DNA of 64,000 bases from Verrucomicrobiota bacterium (lineage in GTDB: Bacteria > Verrucomicrobiota > Verrucomicrobiia > Limisphaerales > Palsa-1400). The stretch covers positions 224,001-288,000 of the forward strand of contig JBEKYR010000001.1 in NCBI GenBank assembly GCA_049510745.1, written 5' to 3'. A program made the position numbers and the translations under genes. The notes under the pieces were generated by a model. It was not told the DNA's origin and did not search any database. It worked only from the letters and a program-made list of their open reading frames with translations. Numbering within the stretch: the first letter of the stretch is position 1; each line of letters begins with the position of its first letter. This document shows, in pieces, positions 1 through 9,528 of the stretch.

Positions 1-1251
1 GCGCTGGCGAACAACTCCGACGGGCAGGGCCATTCTTACGGCAGCCACCTGAATTTTCTGGTCACGCGCCGCGCTTGGAGCGATTTGTTCGAGCGGCGGT
101 TGCAACATCTGCTCTTTCTTGCCGCCTACCAGGCCTCCAGCATCGTGTTTACAGGGCAGGGGAAAATCGGCGCCGAAAACAACCGTCCGCCGGTGCAGTA
201 CCAGATTTCGCAGCGGGCGGATTTCTTCGAGGTGTTAATGGGGCCGCAGACGACGTGGAACCGCCCCCTGATAAACAGTCGCGATGAGGCTTTATGTGGT
301 CCGTGGTATGGAGCCAGCGCGAGTCCAGACTCGGTAGAAAAGGCACGGTTGCACGTCATTTTCTATGACCAAACTCTTTGCCACACCGCCAGCCTGCTCA
401 AGGTCGGGGTGATGCAGATTATTCTCGCTATGATCGAGGCCGGAAGCGTTCGCACCAGCATCGTGCTTGATGATCCAGTTGAAGCGGTTTGGCAGTGGAG
501 CCACGACCCGACACTGCATTGCCGCGTGCGGCTGGCGGACGGCCGCAACCTCACCGCCGTCGAGTTGCAGATGCTGTTTTGGGAGGAGGCGCAGCGTTTT
601 GTCGCCAGCGGCGGCTGCACCGACATCGTGCCGGACGCGCCACACATCCTCGAACTCTGGTCAGACACACTGGGCGAACTGCGCGCGCGCGACTATGCCG
701 CACTGGCGCGCCGGCTGGATTGGGTCCTCAAACTGCAGATCCTCCAGCGCGCGCGACAGCAACGGCCCAATCTCACCTGGGCCTCGGCGGAGCTCAAACA
801 TTTGGACTTCATGTACGGCAGCCTCGAAGACGGACTGTACTGGGACCTCGAAAAAAACGGCCTGGTTAACGCTCTTGTCACCAGCGAAGAGATCGAACAC
901 TTCCGCAATGAACCGCCGGAAAACACACGCGCGTGGACCCGCGCGAGGTTGCTGCGCCTGGCCGAACCGCAGCAGATCGAGCGTGTGGACTGGGACAGCA
1001 TCACCTTTTCGCTCAAGGGCGACCATTACTGGCCGCGCGAAAGCACGGTCAATCTGACCAATCCGCTTGGCTTTACGCGAACTGCCTGCCAACGGGTCTT
1101 TCAGCTTTCGACTACCCTGGAGGAGGCGTCGGCCATGTTAAGCGCCAATCAGGACGGAACGGCAGCCATTTCGCCAACAAACGCAGCCGTGCAGGAACCA
1201 ATCCAAATTGAAGGAGATCACCATGAATCAACGCGAACGCCCCCAGCATGA
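1..1251 (+). CDS. Dop/PafA-family (Pup deamidase/ligase-like) protein, 5' end outside window
   Basis: Frame is open from base 1. Motifs NNSDGQGHSYGSHLNF, QISQRADFFE, RPLINSRDE, RLHVIFYD and LDWVLK match Dop/PafA motifs; QRADFFE is Dop-like. Confidence 0.85.
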   Translation, partial: ALANNSDGQGHSYGSHLNFLVTRRAWSDLFERRLQHLLFLAAYQASSIVFTGQGKIGAENNRPPVQYQISQRADFFEVLMGPQTTWNRPLINSRDEALCGPWYGASASPDSVEKARLHVIFYDQTLCHTASLLKVGVMQIILAMIEAGSVRTSIVLDDPVEAVWQWSHDPTLHCRVRLADGRNLTAVELQMLFWEEAQRFVASGGCTDIVPDAPHILELWSDTLGELRARDYAALARRLDWVLKLQILQRARQQRPNLTWASAELKHLDFMYGSLEDGLYWDLEKNGLVNALVTSEEIEHFRNEPPENTRAWTRARLLRLAEPQQIERVDWDSITFSLKGDHYWPRESTVNLTNPLGFTRTACQRVFQLSTTLEEASAMLSANQDGTAAISPTNAAVQEPIQIEGDHHESTRTPPA

Positions 1252-1426
1252 AAATCCATTCTCCGCCGCCCCCGGACCAGCAGGCGGTCCGGATGGAGCC
1301 AACTTAAACGCCATTCGTCAAACTGCCGCCGGCATGCTGGCCGCCGCCGATGAAGCAATCAGCCGCGTGCTTTCTGGCGACAGCCAGGCTTTCAACGCCG
1401 CCGCGCGGCAGGAGGGCGGACAGTAA
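1223..1426 (+). CDS. Pup-like small protein modifier, 67 aa, C-terminal GGQ
   Basis: AAGGAG RBS at 1211-1216, ATG at 1223, Pro/Gly-rich N-terminus, helical-looking middle and C-terminus ...FNAAARQEGGQ. Lies between two Dop/PafA-family genes. Confidence 0.85.
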   Translation: MNQRERPQHENPFSAAPGPAGGPDGANLNAIRQTAAGMLAAADEAISRVLSGDSQAFNAAARQEGGQ

Positions 1427-1446
1427 TATCGCGAGGAGGCACGGGT

Positions 1447-3864
1447 ATGGCGCAACGATTGTTCGGCATGGAAATCGAGTACGGCTGCGCGGCGCGCAGC
1501 CGCGATGCCGCGCGGACAGTTCGCAACCGTGACTGGGTGGGCGAGTTCATGAGAATCGCCTGCGAACGCCTGCCGCACCTGCCTTCGATGGAAGGCGGGG
1601 GAATTTTCCTCGAGAATGGAGCGCGGTTTTACGTGGATTGCTCGCATCCTGAAATGACCACGCCCGAGTGTTCCAATCCCTGGGACGTGGTCCGCTACAT
1701 GCAGGCTGGCGAAAAGATGTTGACTGCCGTCGCCGAGGAAATGCAGCGGCGGCAGCCCTCATTGGCCGAAGTGATGATCTTTAAAACCAACGTGGATCAT
1801 AGCGGCAGCGGCGCGACCTGGGGTTGCCACACCTCCTTTATGCATCTCGGAAACCCGGAGAAGTTCCCAGATCAAATCATTCCACATTTGGTCAGCCGGA
1901 TTGTTTATTCCGGCGCTGGCGGATTGGAGTTGGTGGATGGGCGTTTTCGTTTCACGCTCTCGCCGCGCGTCAGGTTTCTCGAACGTGAAGTTTCGCACAA
2001 CAGCACCAGCGAGCGTGGCATTTTCCATACGAAGGACGAAACGCTGGCCAACGAGGGATGTCATCGCCTGCACATTATCTGCGGGGAGAGCCTCTGCTCG
2101 GAAACCGCGCTCTGGCTGAACATGGGAGCGACGGCCGTGATCGTGGCGCTCATCGAGGCGGGCTTGCGCCCTGGTCAAGCCGTGCGTTTGCAGGATCCTT
2201 TGGGTGCCATGCGGCGCTTCTCCCTTGACCCCACCTGCCGGGCCGTGGCGCAGACCCTTGGCGGAAAGAAATTGAGCGCCGTGCAGATTCAGCGCCACTA
2301 CTTGGAAATTGCCCAGACGCACCTCGGCGCTCCCTTCATGCCGCCCTGGACGGACCAGGTTTGCATCCAATGGCGCGCAATGCTGGATCGTCTGGAAAAC
2401 GGGGCTCCCGGCTCCGTGGCCGCAACGCTGGATTGGGCCATGAAGTTGGGCCTGTTCCTGGATCGCGCAGAGCGGAGGGGGCTAGGCCCCCAACACTGGC
2501 ATCCCATCGGTCCGGCAGTGCTACAGGAACTCGATGGCGATGAACCCGGCCTCTGCGATGAAGCGCCAGCCTCCAAGAAACCCGCTTCCGCTTCTGCGGC
2601 GGTCTGCAAGGTTCACCAGGAACTCTGCGAGATAGACACCCGGTTCGCCCAACTCGGGGACAACGGCATCTTCGCCGCTTTGAGCCGGGCGGGAGTGTTG
2701 GCCCATCACTTGGCCGGGGTGGACAACATTGAGCACGCCCTGGCCAATCCACCGGCCATCGGCCGCGCGCGGTTGCGGGGTCTGTGCGTGCAGCGGTTCA
2801 AGGGCCAGAACCACCGCTACTCCTGTAGCTGGCGCAACGTCGTGGACCGCGAGAAAAACCTGTTGCTCGACCTTTCCGAGCCGTTTATCTCCGAGGAAAA
2901 ATGGCTGCCTGTGCCCGCGAGTTTTCGAGACCCGGACACCTCCATCCAAGGCCACTTGCGCCGGATATTAAGCGAGGCTCGCATGCGCCACGACCGCGGC
3001 GACCATGAGTCCGCCGCGGCGATTCTGCGCCAGATGGAAGGTTTCCAATCCGCCCTCGAATTGGAAAATCACTCGGAATATCTGCGATTGCGAGCTTGGA
3101 TCCAGAGTCGCAGAGGCTTCCTCGACAGCATACCCGCTCTCGATGCTTTGGCGCAGTCGGAGTTGATGACTCTCTCCCTCGCCAACTCATACGTGTGCGC
3201 CTACCGCTACCAGGGACTGATGCCGCCGCCGGCGATTGAGGCCTGGATCCGGCGCGGACGCGAATTCCTTTCTCCAAGACCCGATCGTTCTGACGGGGCC
3301 GCGTTGCCCTTCCTTGGACATTGGGGCTACTTCCTGCTGCGCAGCGGGCAGCCCTATGACGCGCTCCGCACGTTACATGATGCGTGCCAGCCCATCCGGC
3401 GGGAAAGCGCCAATCCCGCCGCCATCTCCCGGGCACTGGCGGACTACGGCGACGCCTGTCGCGCGGTTGGGCAACACTTCGAAGCCAAAGCCTTGCTCGA
3501 CGAAGCCCAAGCCATGCAGACGGAGCATCAACTCGAAGGGGACTTGTCGGACTTTGCCCTGACTCATCGCGCCAAACTTGAGACCCATTCTGAGCGCGCG
3601 TTGGAACTGCTTGCCCAGGCCAGGACCATTCAAACGCGCCTGGGAAACGTCATGGGGGAAACACGAACGCTGCTGTTGGAAGCCCGGTTCCTGCGCCATC
3701 GCACACTCACCGTGCAACATAAAGCACGCCTCCATGAACTGCGCGGAATGCGCCCGGCGCTTTCCCAGTGCCGGCTCTTTGGTAAAATCCTCGACAAATG
3801 GGAAGCCTGGACCAGCGGCGGCGCTGACCCGGACGGTGGAGGGGATACATTCTGGTGGCTGTGA
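1447..3864 (+). CDS. PafA-family Pup ligase-like protein with ~300 aa C-terminal TPR-like extension
   Basis: RLFGMEIEYG, FLENGARFYVDCSHPEMTTPEC, FKTNVD, WGCH, RLHIICGE and LDWAMK motifs; GAGGAGG RBS; helical repeat patterns in the C-terminal third. Confidence 0.85.
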   Translation: MAQRLFGMEIEYGCAARSRDAARTVRNRDWVGEFMRIACERLPHLPSMEGGGIFLENGARFYVDCSHPEMTTPECSNPWDVVRYMQAGEKMLTAVAEEMQRRQPSLAEVMIFKTNVDHSGSGATWGCHTSFMHLGNPEKFPDQIIPHLVSRIVYSGAGGLELVDGRFRFTLSPRVRFLEREVSHNSTSERGIFHTKDETLANEGCHRLHIICGESLCSETALWLNMGATAVIVALIEAGLRPGQAVRLQDPLGAMRRFSLDPTCRAVAQTLGGKKLSAVQIQRHYLEIAQTHLGAPFMPPWTDQVCIQWRAMLDRLENGAPGSVAATLDWAMKLGLFLDRAERRGLGPQHWHPIGPAVLQELDGDEPGLCDEAPASKKPASASAAVCKVHQELCEIDTRFAQLGDNGIFAALSRAGVLAHHLAGVDNIEHALANPPAIGRARLRGLCVQRFKGQNHRYSCSWRNVVDREKNLLLDLSEPFISEEKWLPVPASFRDPDTSIQGHLRRILSEARMRHDRGDHESAAAILRQMEGFQSALELENHSEYLRLRAWIQSRRGFLDSIPALDALAQSELMTLSLANSYVCAYRYQGLMPPPAIEAWIRRGREFLSPRPDRSDGAALPFLGHWGYFLLRSGQPYDALRTLHDACQPIRRESANPAAISRALADYGDACRAVGQHFEAKALLDEAQAMQTEHQLEGDLSDFALTHRAKLETHSERALELLAQARTIQTRLGNVMGETRTLLLEARFLRHRTLTVQHKARLHELRGMRPALSQCRLFGKILDKWEAWTSGGADPDGGGDTFWWL

Positions 3865-4101
3865 AATTTCATTTTTCCCGTGACAAAAAGCGGCCTCTAT
3901 GGTAGTTATCCTTAAAGCTGATTTTGTTCACGAGGTTCGTGAGAGAAATCAAGCTGATGGTCTGGGTTCCTTTCTTCCTCCACCCGCTCCATTTGTAAAT
4001 GGGTTTGGCCATTTCCTCCATTGCCTGACTCCGGTTGCGCGCGCCCTGTTGGCGGCGCATAGTCAATACTATACTTTAAACGATGAACGCCTTGTTGTCT
4101 T

Positions 4102-7100
4102 ATGAAACGTCTTCTTGCCGCTGGCGCCGCCCTATTGCTGCTGGGCTGCGATCTCCATCATAATCGCTCTGAACACGTCGAACTGATTCTCAATCCTTCC
4201 CCGGCTGTTCCCGCCACAACATTTGAACTGCGGTTTGACCAACCGATGGTGGGACCGGACAGAATCGGCCGTCCGGCGGAACCGTCGCCTCTGGTCATCA
4301 AGCCGGCCCTGGGCGGCGTCTTCACCTGGCTCAGCACGCGGAGTGGCACTTTTGTGCCGTCCGATCCCCTAGCGCTGGACCACCGATACAAACTATCACT
4401 GCGGTCCGGCTTGATGGGCGCGGACGGACGCCCCTCTCCGGCCGTCTTGCACGACCGCGTGGAAACGCCGCGGTTCTCGATGGTCGATTCGGCTCCCCGG
4501 CGGAACCAGGCGGATTTGAATTCGGAACAAATCGTGACGCTCGTTTTCAACGCGCCCGTGCGCGCCGCAGATTTGGCGCCGTATCTCGAATTCCGCGACG
4601 CCGGGGGTCAGCACCGGGCGGCTGAAATCCGGCAGGGCACCAACGAAGATATGCCTTGGGACTATCGGCGTTTGGATTTGCCGGCCAATCTCGTTTCCAA
4701 CTTGGTCTTGGCCGCGCCGCAAAAACCATTGCCGGTTGGCCAAGATTGGCGGTTGGTCCTTCGACCCGGTCTCCCCGCCGTCGAGAAGGGATTGCGCTTG
4801 CGCGCCCGCGACGAAATCCAATTGGGCGACGTCCATCCGTTTGTTTTCAAGGAAGCCATCGCGCATCATTTTATCGAAGGCGGCGCTTCAATTGTTCTCC
4901 AGTTTTCAAAGCCGGTTGCGCTGTCCTTGGGCGACAAATGGAACCGTTGGATTCACCTGGAGCCGATCGCATCCAATATCACGGCGGAGGCGGACGGCAA
5001 ATGTCTGACTTTGCAGGGCGATTTTCGAGGTGGAACCTGCTACCAGCTTGCCGTGAAAACCGGATTGCCTGCCGAGGAATCCTTCATCTTGGACGATGCC
5101 GCGTTGACCAACATCATCATGCCCGGCATTCCGCCGCGGCTCTATTTTTCGGCCTTTTCCGCGGATCAACAGGCGGTGGGACGGCGCCAGTTCCCCCTGC
5201 TGGCCGTGAACGTGCCGACCATCCGTCTTCGTGCCAAATTGCTGGAACCTGACGCGGCCATTCACGCTTTGCGCGGCTACGGCAGCTACTTCCGCTCCTG
5301 GCCTGATTATGACACCCACGGCGAGCGTTACCAGCGTGTCGATTATAATTTAATCGCCGGTCGAACGATCTTCGATGAAGAATTGGCCGGCACGCCACAA
5401 TCGGACATGGCCACCAACGTGATGCTGGACTGGGATCGGGTTTTGGGCGGGCGCAAAACCGGGGTCATTTTTGTCGAGGCCGAGCGCGCGGGCGAGCGTT
5501 CTGAATCCAGCCCGCGCCTGGGCACGCAGGCCCTGATGCAATTAACCGATCTCGGCGTGGCCTGGAAATCCGCCGCCGGGGAGTTGGATGCCTTTGTCTT
5601 TTCGCAAAGCACCGGAGAGCCTGCCACCGGCGCGGCCGTCCGATTGTTCGACGACGAGAACCAAGTGCTGCAAGAAGCGCTCACCGACGATCGAGGACTG
5701 GCGCATCTGCAATGCCCGAGCAACGCTCAATGGCTGGGGGCTGCGCTCGGACAGGACTTCCACGCCTTGAAAATCGAGGACCACGGCATCCCGCTTTACG
5801 GGTTCGATCTTCCGCAGTCCTGGGGCGGTGGAACCGCGAGCGCCCGGCCTGTGTTGATTTTCAGTGACCGCCAGTTTTACCGTCCGAATGAAACGCTCCA
5901 TCTCAAGGCGCTGGCGCGAGAATGGACGCGTGATGGTCTGGCTATTCCGTCCGAACTGGCCGGAACGCTGGAATGTTGTGACGCGCGGGGAAAATCGTTC
6001 TTTTCGAACAATGTCCACTTCAGCGGACGCGGTGCCTGCTCGGTCGATGTGCCCCTGCCGGCGGGGCCGTGCGGCGATTATGTCGCGCGCTTGCATCTGG
6101 GAGATTCGGGCGATTCGGTTTACGAGCACGCCTTCCAAGTCCAGGAACTCAAGCCGAACCCATTTGAAGTGACCGTGCAAGCCAAGCCCGAGTATGCAGC
6201 TGGTGACAAAGTGGAGATTCCCATATCGGCCCGTTATTACTTTGGCCAGCCGTTGTCCGCGGCGCGGGTGAAATGGACGTTGGAAGTGGATGAGAGCGGT
6301 TTCAAGCCTGCGGGCTTCGACTCATTCAGTTTTCTTCGAGCTTCGCCTGGATCGCATCTGGCCTTTTCCGGCGAGACGCGCATGTCCAACTCTCCCGTCT
6401 GCGTGATAAAGCCGGTAATGCCGTCGAATAATGCAGCGCCCGGCCCGCGCCGGATGTCGCTTCTAGTCGAGACGACCGACCTTGACCAGCAAACCGTTTC
6501 CAGCAGTGCGGAGTTCACCTGTCACAGCTCGGACTTTTACCTGGGCTTGTGCCAGACTGACTCGGTTTGGACCGCCGGCCAGGAATCGCCTCTGCAAATC
6601 GTCGCCGTCGGGGCCGACGGTCAGCCGTGGCCGCAACCGGTGGCCGCGCACTTGCAACTCCAGCGCGTGGATTGGGAGCCGGTGCGCGTGCAAGGCGCCG
6701 GCAGCACCCTCCGCTATCTCCCTCAATCCGCTTCTTCCAACGTGCTCGATCGCGACATTGAAATCCACGGGCTGACCAACCAGCTCCTGGCCGCCGCCGA
6801 GCCGGGACAATACGCGCTGGAGATTTCTGCCACGGACACACATGGACGCGCGGTGGCCACATCCCTTGAATTCTCCGTCTCCGCGCCCGGCAGCCTGGCT
6901 TGGAATTACCGCGACGAAGTCCGCATGGAACTCCAACCCGACCGTTCCGAATACGCACCCGGAGAAACGGCGCGAGTGCTGGTCAAGGCGCCTTTCAGCG
7001 GCATGGCGTGGGTCACGGTCGAACGCGACAAAGTGCTCCGCTCCTTCTCCGCGCAGTTGGACGGCAACGCGCCCGCGATTGAAATCCCCATCGGGCGTGG

Positions 7101-9528
7101 CGATTTGCCCAATGTTTTTGTCTCGGTCCTTCTGGCGCGCGGTTCCGAAAACTGCCCGAGGGAAGTCAAGGAGCCGGAATACCGCATCGGTTACTGCCAA
7201 CTGCCTGTGCGCAACCCGGCCAGCCGGCTCGCCGTGTCGGTCGTTTGTGCGGCCACGAATTATCTCCCCGCCCAACCAGTGGAGATTACGGTTAATGTCA
7301 ATTATATTTCAAACGCTCCCGTGGCCGGCGCGGAAGTGACCCTGTACGCAGTGGACGAGGGCATCCTCAGCCTGGGCGACCCTGGACTGCCCGATCCGGG
7401 CGCGATCTTTTATGCATCGCGTCCCTTGGAGGTCAGTTCCGCCATTTCCCTGGCGAACCTGCTGCCGGAGGATCTCGAACCGCGCCGGTTGGCCAACAAA
7501 GGTTACTTGGGCGGCGGTGGCGGCCGTTGCAATGTGCGCAAGAACTTCCTCGCCTGCGCGTTTTGGAACGCGACTTTGGTCACCGGCCCGCAAGGGTCGG
7601 TCACCGCCAGATTTCTTGCGCCCGATAGTATGACTCGCTATCGGGTCATGGCGGTCGCGCATTTGGACGACCGTTTCGGCTCTGGACAATCGGCCTTTGA
7701 AGTCAGCAAGCCGTTGCTGATTGAACCGGCCCTGCCGCAGTTCGCCCATGTCGGTGATCAACTCATCGCGCGCGCCGTGATTCACAACCAAAGCCACCAC
7801 TCAGGCGACGTTGTTGTGAAATTGGAACTGGATGACAAGGCGCAGGCCAAGGGCACAGAGAAACAGATTCAAATTGCCGCCGACGGCTCGAAGGTGGCCG
7901 AATTTCCCGTCACCTTCGCCGCCGCCGGGCCGGCGAAATGGATTTGGCGCGCTTGGTTTGCCGATGCGCCGCGCGAATTCACCGACGCCACCGAATGTTC
8001 GCTGGAGGTCGGTTACGTTTCGCCACTCTTGCATGAAACGTTCTGCGATACGGTCGAGGGATTCTCGACCAACTTGTTGGCCAAGGTGAACCCGCAGTTT
8101 CTGGCCGGAACCGGCACCGTGACCATCCGCGTCTCCAACACGCGCCTGAGCGAATTGGGCGAGGCCGTCTCGCAATTGCTGCATTATCCCTACGGCTGCG
8201 TCGAACAAACCGGTTCCAGTATGCTGCCGTGGATTGTATTGAGCGACGCGCCCGCGCTGCGTTCCGTCATGGGATGCCGTTCCAACGAGATCGCGCGCGC
8301 GATCAATTACGGCATTGAGCGGCTCTTTACGATGCAAACGCCCGGCGGCGGCTTGGGATACTGGCCGCACGCGCGCGAACCGATGCTCTGGGCCAGCGCG
8401 TATGGGGCCATGGTGTTGTCACTGGCCCAACAGCGCGGCTGGACGCTGCCCGAACCGGAATTCGACAATCTGCTTTCTGGTCTGAGCGCGCAACTGCGTG
8501 AACCGGGCGGCGGCGCAAGTTCGCTTTCCGACACCTGCCTGGCCCTTTACGCCCTGGCCCTGGCCGGGCGGGCAGAACCGGGTTACCACGAGAAAATCTT
8601 CTCCCGGCGCGGCGAGCTTTCGGCCGAGGACCGGGCGCTGTTGGCGCTGGCCATTCTGCAAGCCAACGGCCCGCCGAAAATGGCCAGGGAATTATTGACA
8701 ACAAACCAAACTTCCCGCCGCGCGGAGCCAGACGACTTCGATTGCCTGTCGCGCGAACAGGCCATCCTCCTCCTGGCCTGGATTCGATTGCAACCCGAAA
8801 GCCGGGAAGTGACATCCGGATTCGACGCGCTCATGCGCGAACAGCGCGAAGCCCATTGGGGCACGACCCAGGGCGACGCCTGGGCGCTGCTGGCTTTGAC
8901 GGAATACTCGCGCCGCGTCGAGGGCTCTCCCCAGTCCGCCGCCGGAGAACTGCGCTGGCGCGGCAAGGCCATTCCCTTCCAGCTTGACGCACGGACGTCT
9001 ACATTCGACAAGACATTCGATTTGACAGGAAATGCGGATTCGTCTCCTGCCATCCTGAATTCCTCGTTGCACCGCCTCTACGCCTCCGCCGCCTTCGAAA
9101 TCCGTCCGCCCGGCCCCGTGCAACCCCGACAAGACGAAGGCTTCGGACTACAGCGGAGCTATCAGCGTTTGGATGGGTATAACCAGCCTTGCTCGGGCGC
9201 ACTGACCGTCGGCGACCGCGTTTTGGTCACGCTCGAATTGTCGGCGCGGGAGGCGGCCCGATACATTGTAGTTGATGATTCGTTGCCGGCTATTCTGGAA
9301 CCAATTGGGGTCGGCGAGGAGCGGAACCGGATGTGGAGTTTTCATGAATTCCGCAAAGATCGCGCCTTGTTCTTCGCCAACGATTTGCCTGCCGGAAACT
9401 ACACGGTGCGCTATTGCGCTCGCGTGCGCGCGGCGGGCCAGGTCGGCGCTCCTTCGGGCAAGGTGGAGGAAATGTATCATCCGCAACGTTTCGGATTGAC
9501 CGGGACGCAAACCCTCGAGGGAAAATGA
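4102..9528 (+). CDS. Bacterial alpha-2-macroglobulin family lipoprotein
   Basis: 1808 aa, lipobox LLLGC, thioester motif YPYGCVEQ, DRQFYRPNETL MG-domain motif, C-terminal EEMYHP; directly upstream of pbpC. Confidence 0.93.
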   Translation: MKRLLAAGAALLLLGCDLHHNRSEHVELILNPSPAVPATTFELRFDQPMVGPDRIGRPAEPSPLVIKPALGGVFTWLSTRSGTFVPSDPLALDHRYKLSLRSGLMGADGRPSPAVLHDRVETPRFSMVDSAPRRNQADLNSEQIVTLVFNAPVRAADLAPYLEFRDAGGQHRAAEIRQGTNEDMPWDYRRLDLPANLVSNLVLAAPQKPLPVGQDWRLVLRPGLPAVEKGLRLRARDEIQLGDVHPFVFKEAIAHHFIEGGASIVLQFSKPVALSLGDKWNRWIHLEPIASNITAEADGKCLTLQGDFRGGTCYQLAVKTGLPAEESFILDDAALTNIIMPGIPPRLYFSAFSADQQAVGRRQFPLLAVNVPTIRLRAKLLEPDAAIHALRGYGSYFRSWPDYDTHGERYQRVDYNLIAGRTIFDEELAGTPQSDMATNVMLDWDRVLGGRKTGVIFVEAERAGERSESSPRLGTQALMQLTDLGVAWKSAAGELDAFVFSQSTGEPATGAAVRLFDDENQVLQEALTDDRGLAHLQCPSNAQWLGAALGQDFHALKIEDHGIPLYGFDLPQSWGGGTASARPVLIFSDRQFYRPNETLHLKALAREWTRDGLAIPSELAGTLECCDARGKSFFSNNVHFSGRGACSVDVPLPAGPCGDYVARLHLGDSGDSVYEHAFQVQELKPNPFEVTVQAKPEYAAGDKVEIPISARYYFGQPLSAARVKWTLEVDESGFKPAGFDSFSFLRASPGSHLAFSGETRMSNSPVCVIKPVMPSNNAAPGPRRMSLLVETTDLDQQTVSSSAEFTCHSSDFYLGLCQTDSVWTAGQESPLQIVAVGADGQPWPQPVAAHLQLQRVDWEPVRVQGAGSTLRYLPQSASSNVLDRDIEIHGLTNQLLAAAEPGQYALEISATDTHGRAVATSLEFSVSAPGSLAWNYRDEVRMELQPDRSEYAPGETARVLVKAPFSGMAWVTVERDKVLRSFSAQLDGNAPAIEIPIGRGDLPNVFVSVLLARGSENCPREVKEPEYRIGYCQLPVRNPASRLAVSVVCAATNYLPAQPVEITVNVNYISNAPVAGAEVTLYAVDEGILSLGDPGLPDPGAIFYASRPLEVSSAISLANLLPEDLEPRRLANKGYLGGGGGRCNVRKNFLACAFWNATLVTGPQGSVTARFLAPDSMTRYRVMAVAHLDDRFGSGQSAFEVSKPLLIEPALPQFAHVGDQLIARAVIHNQSHHSGDVVVKLELDDKAQAKGTEKQIQIAADGSKVAEFPVTFAAAGPAKWIWRAWFADAPREFTDATECSLEVGYVSPLLHETFCDTVEGFSTNLLAKVNPQFLAGTGTVTIRVSNTRLSELGEAVSQLLHYPYGCVEQTGSSMLPWIVLSDAPALRSVMGCRSNEIARAINYGIERLFTMQTPGGGLGYWPHAREPMLWASAYGAMVLSLAQQRGWTLPEPEFDNLLSGLSAQLREPGGGASSLSDTCLALYALALAGRAEPGYHEKIFSRRGELSAEDRALLALAILQANGPPKMARELLTTNQTSRRAEPDDFDCLSREQAILLLAWIRLQPESREVTSGFDALMREQREAHWGTTQGDAWALLALTEYSRRVEGSPQSAAGELRWRGKAIPFQLDARTSTFDKTFDLTGNADSSPAILNSSLHRLYASAAFEIRPPGPVQPRQDEGFGLQRSYQRLDGYNQPCSGALTVGDRVLVTLELSAREAARYIVVDDSLPAILEPIGVGEERNRMWSFHEFRKDRALFFANDLPAGNYTVRYCARVRAAGQVGAPSGKVEEMYHPQRFGLTGTQTLEGK

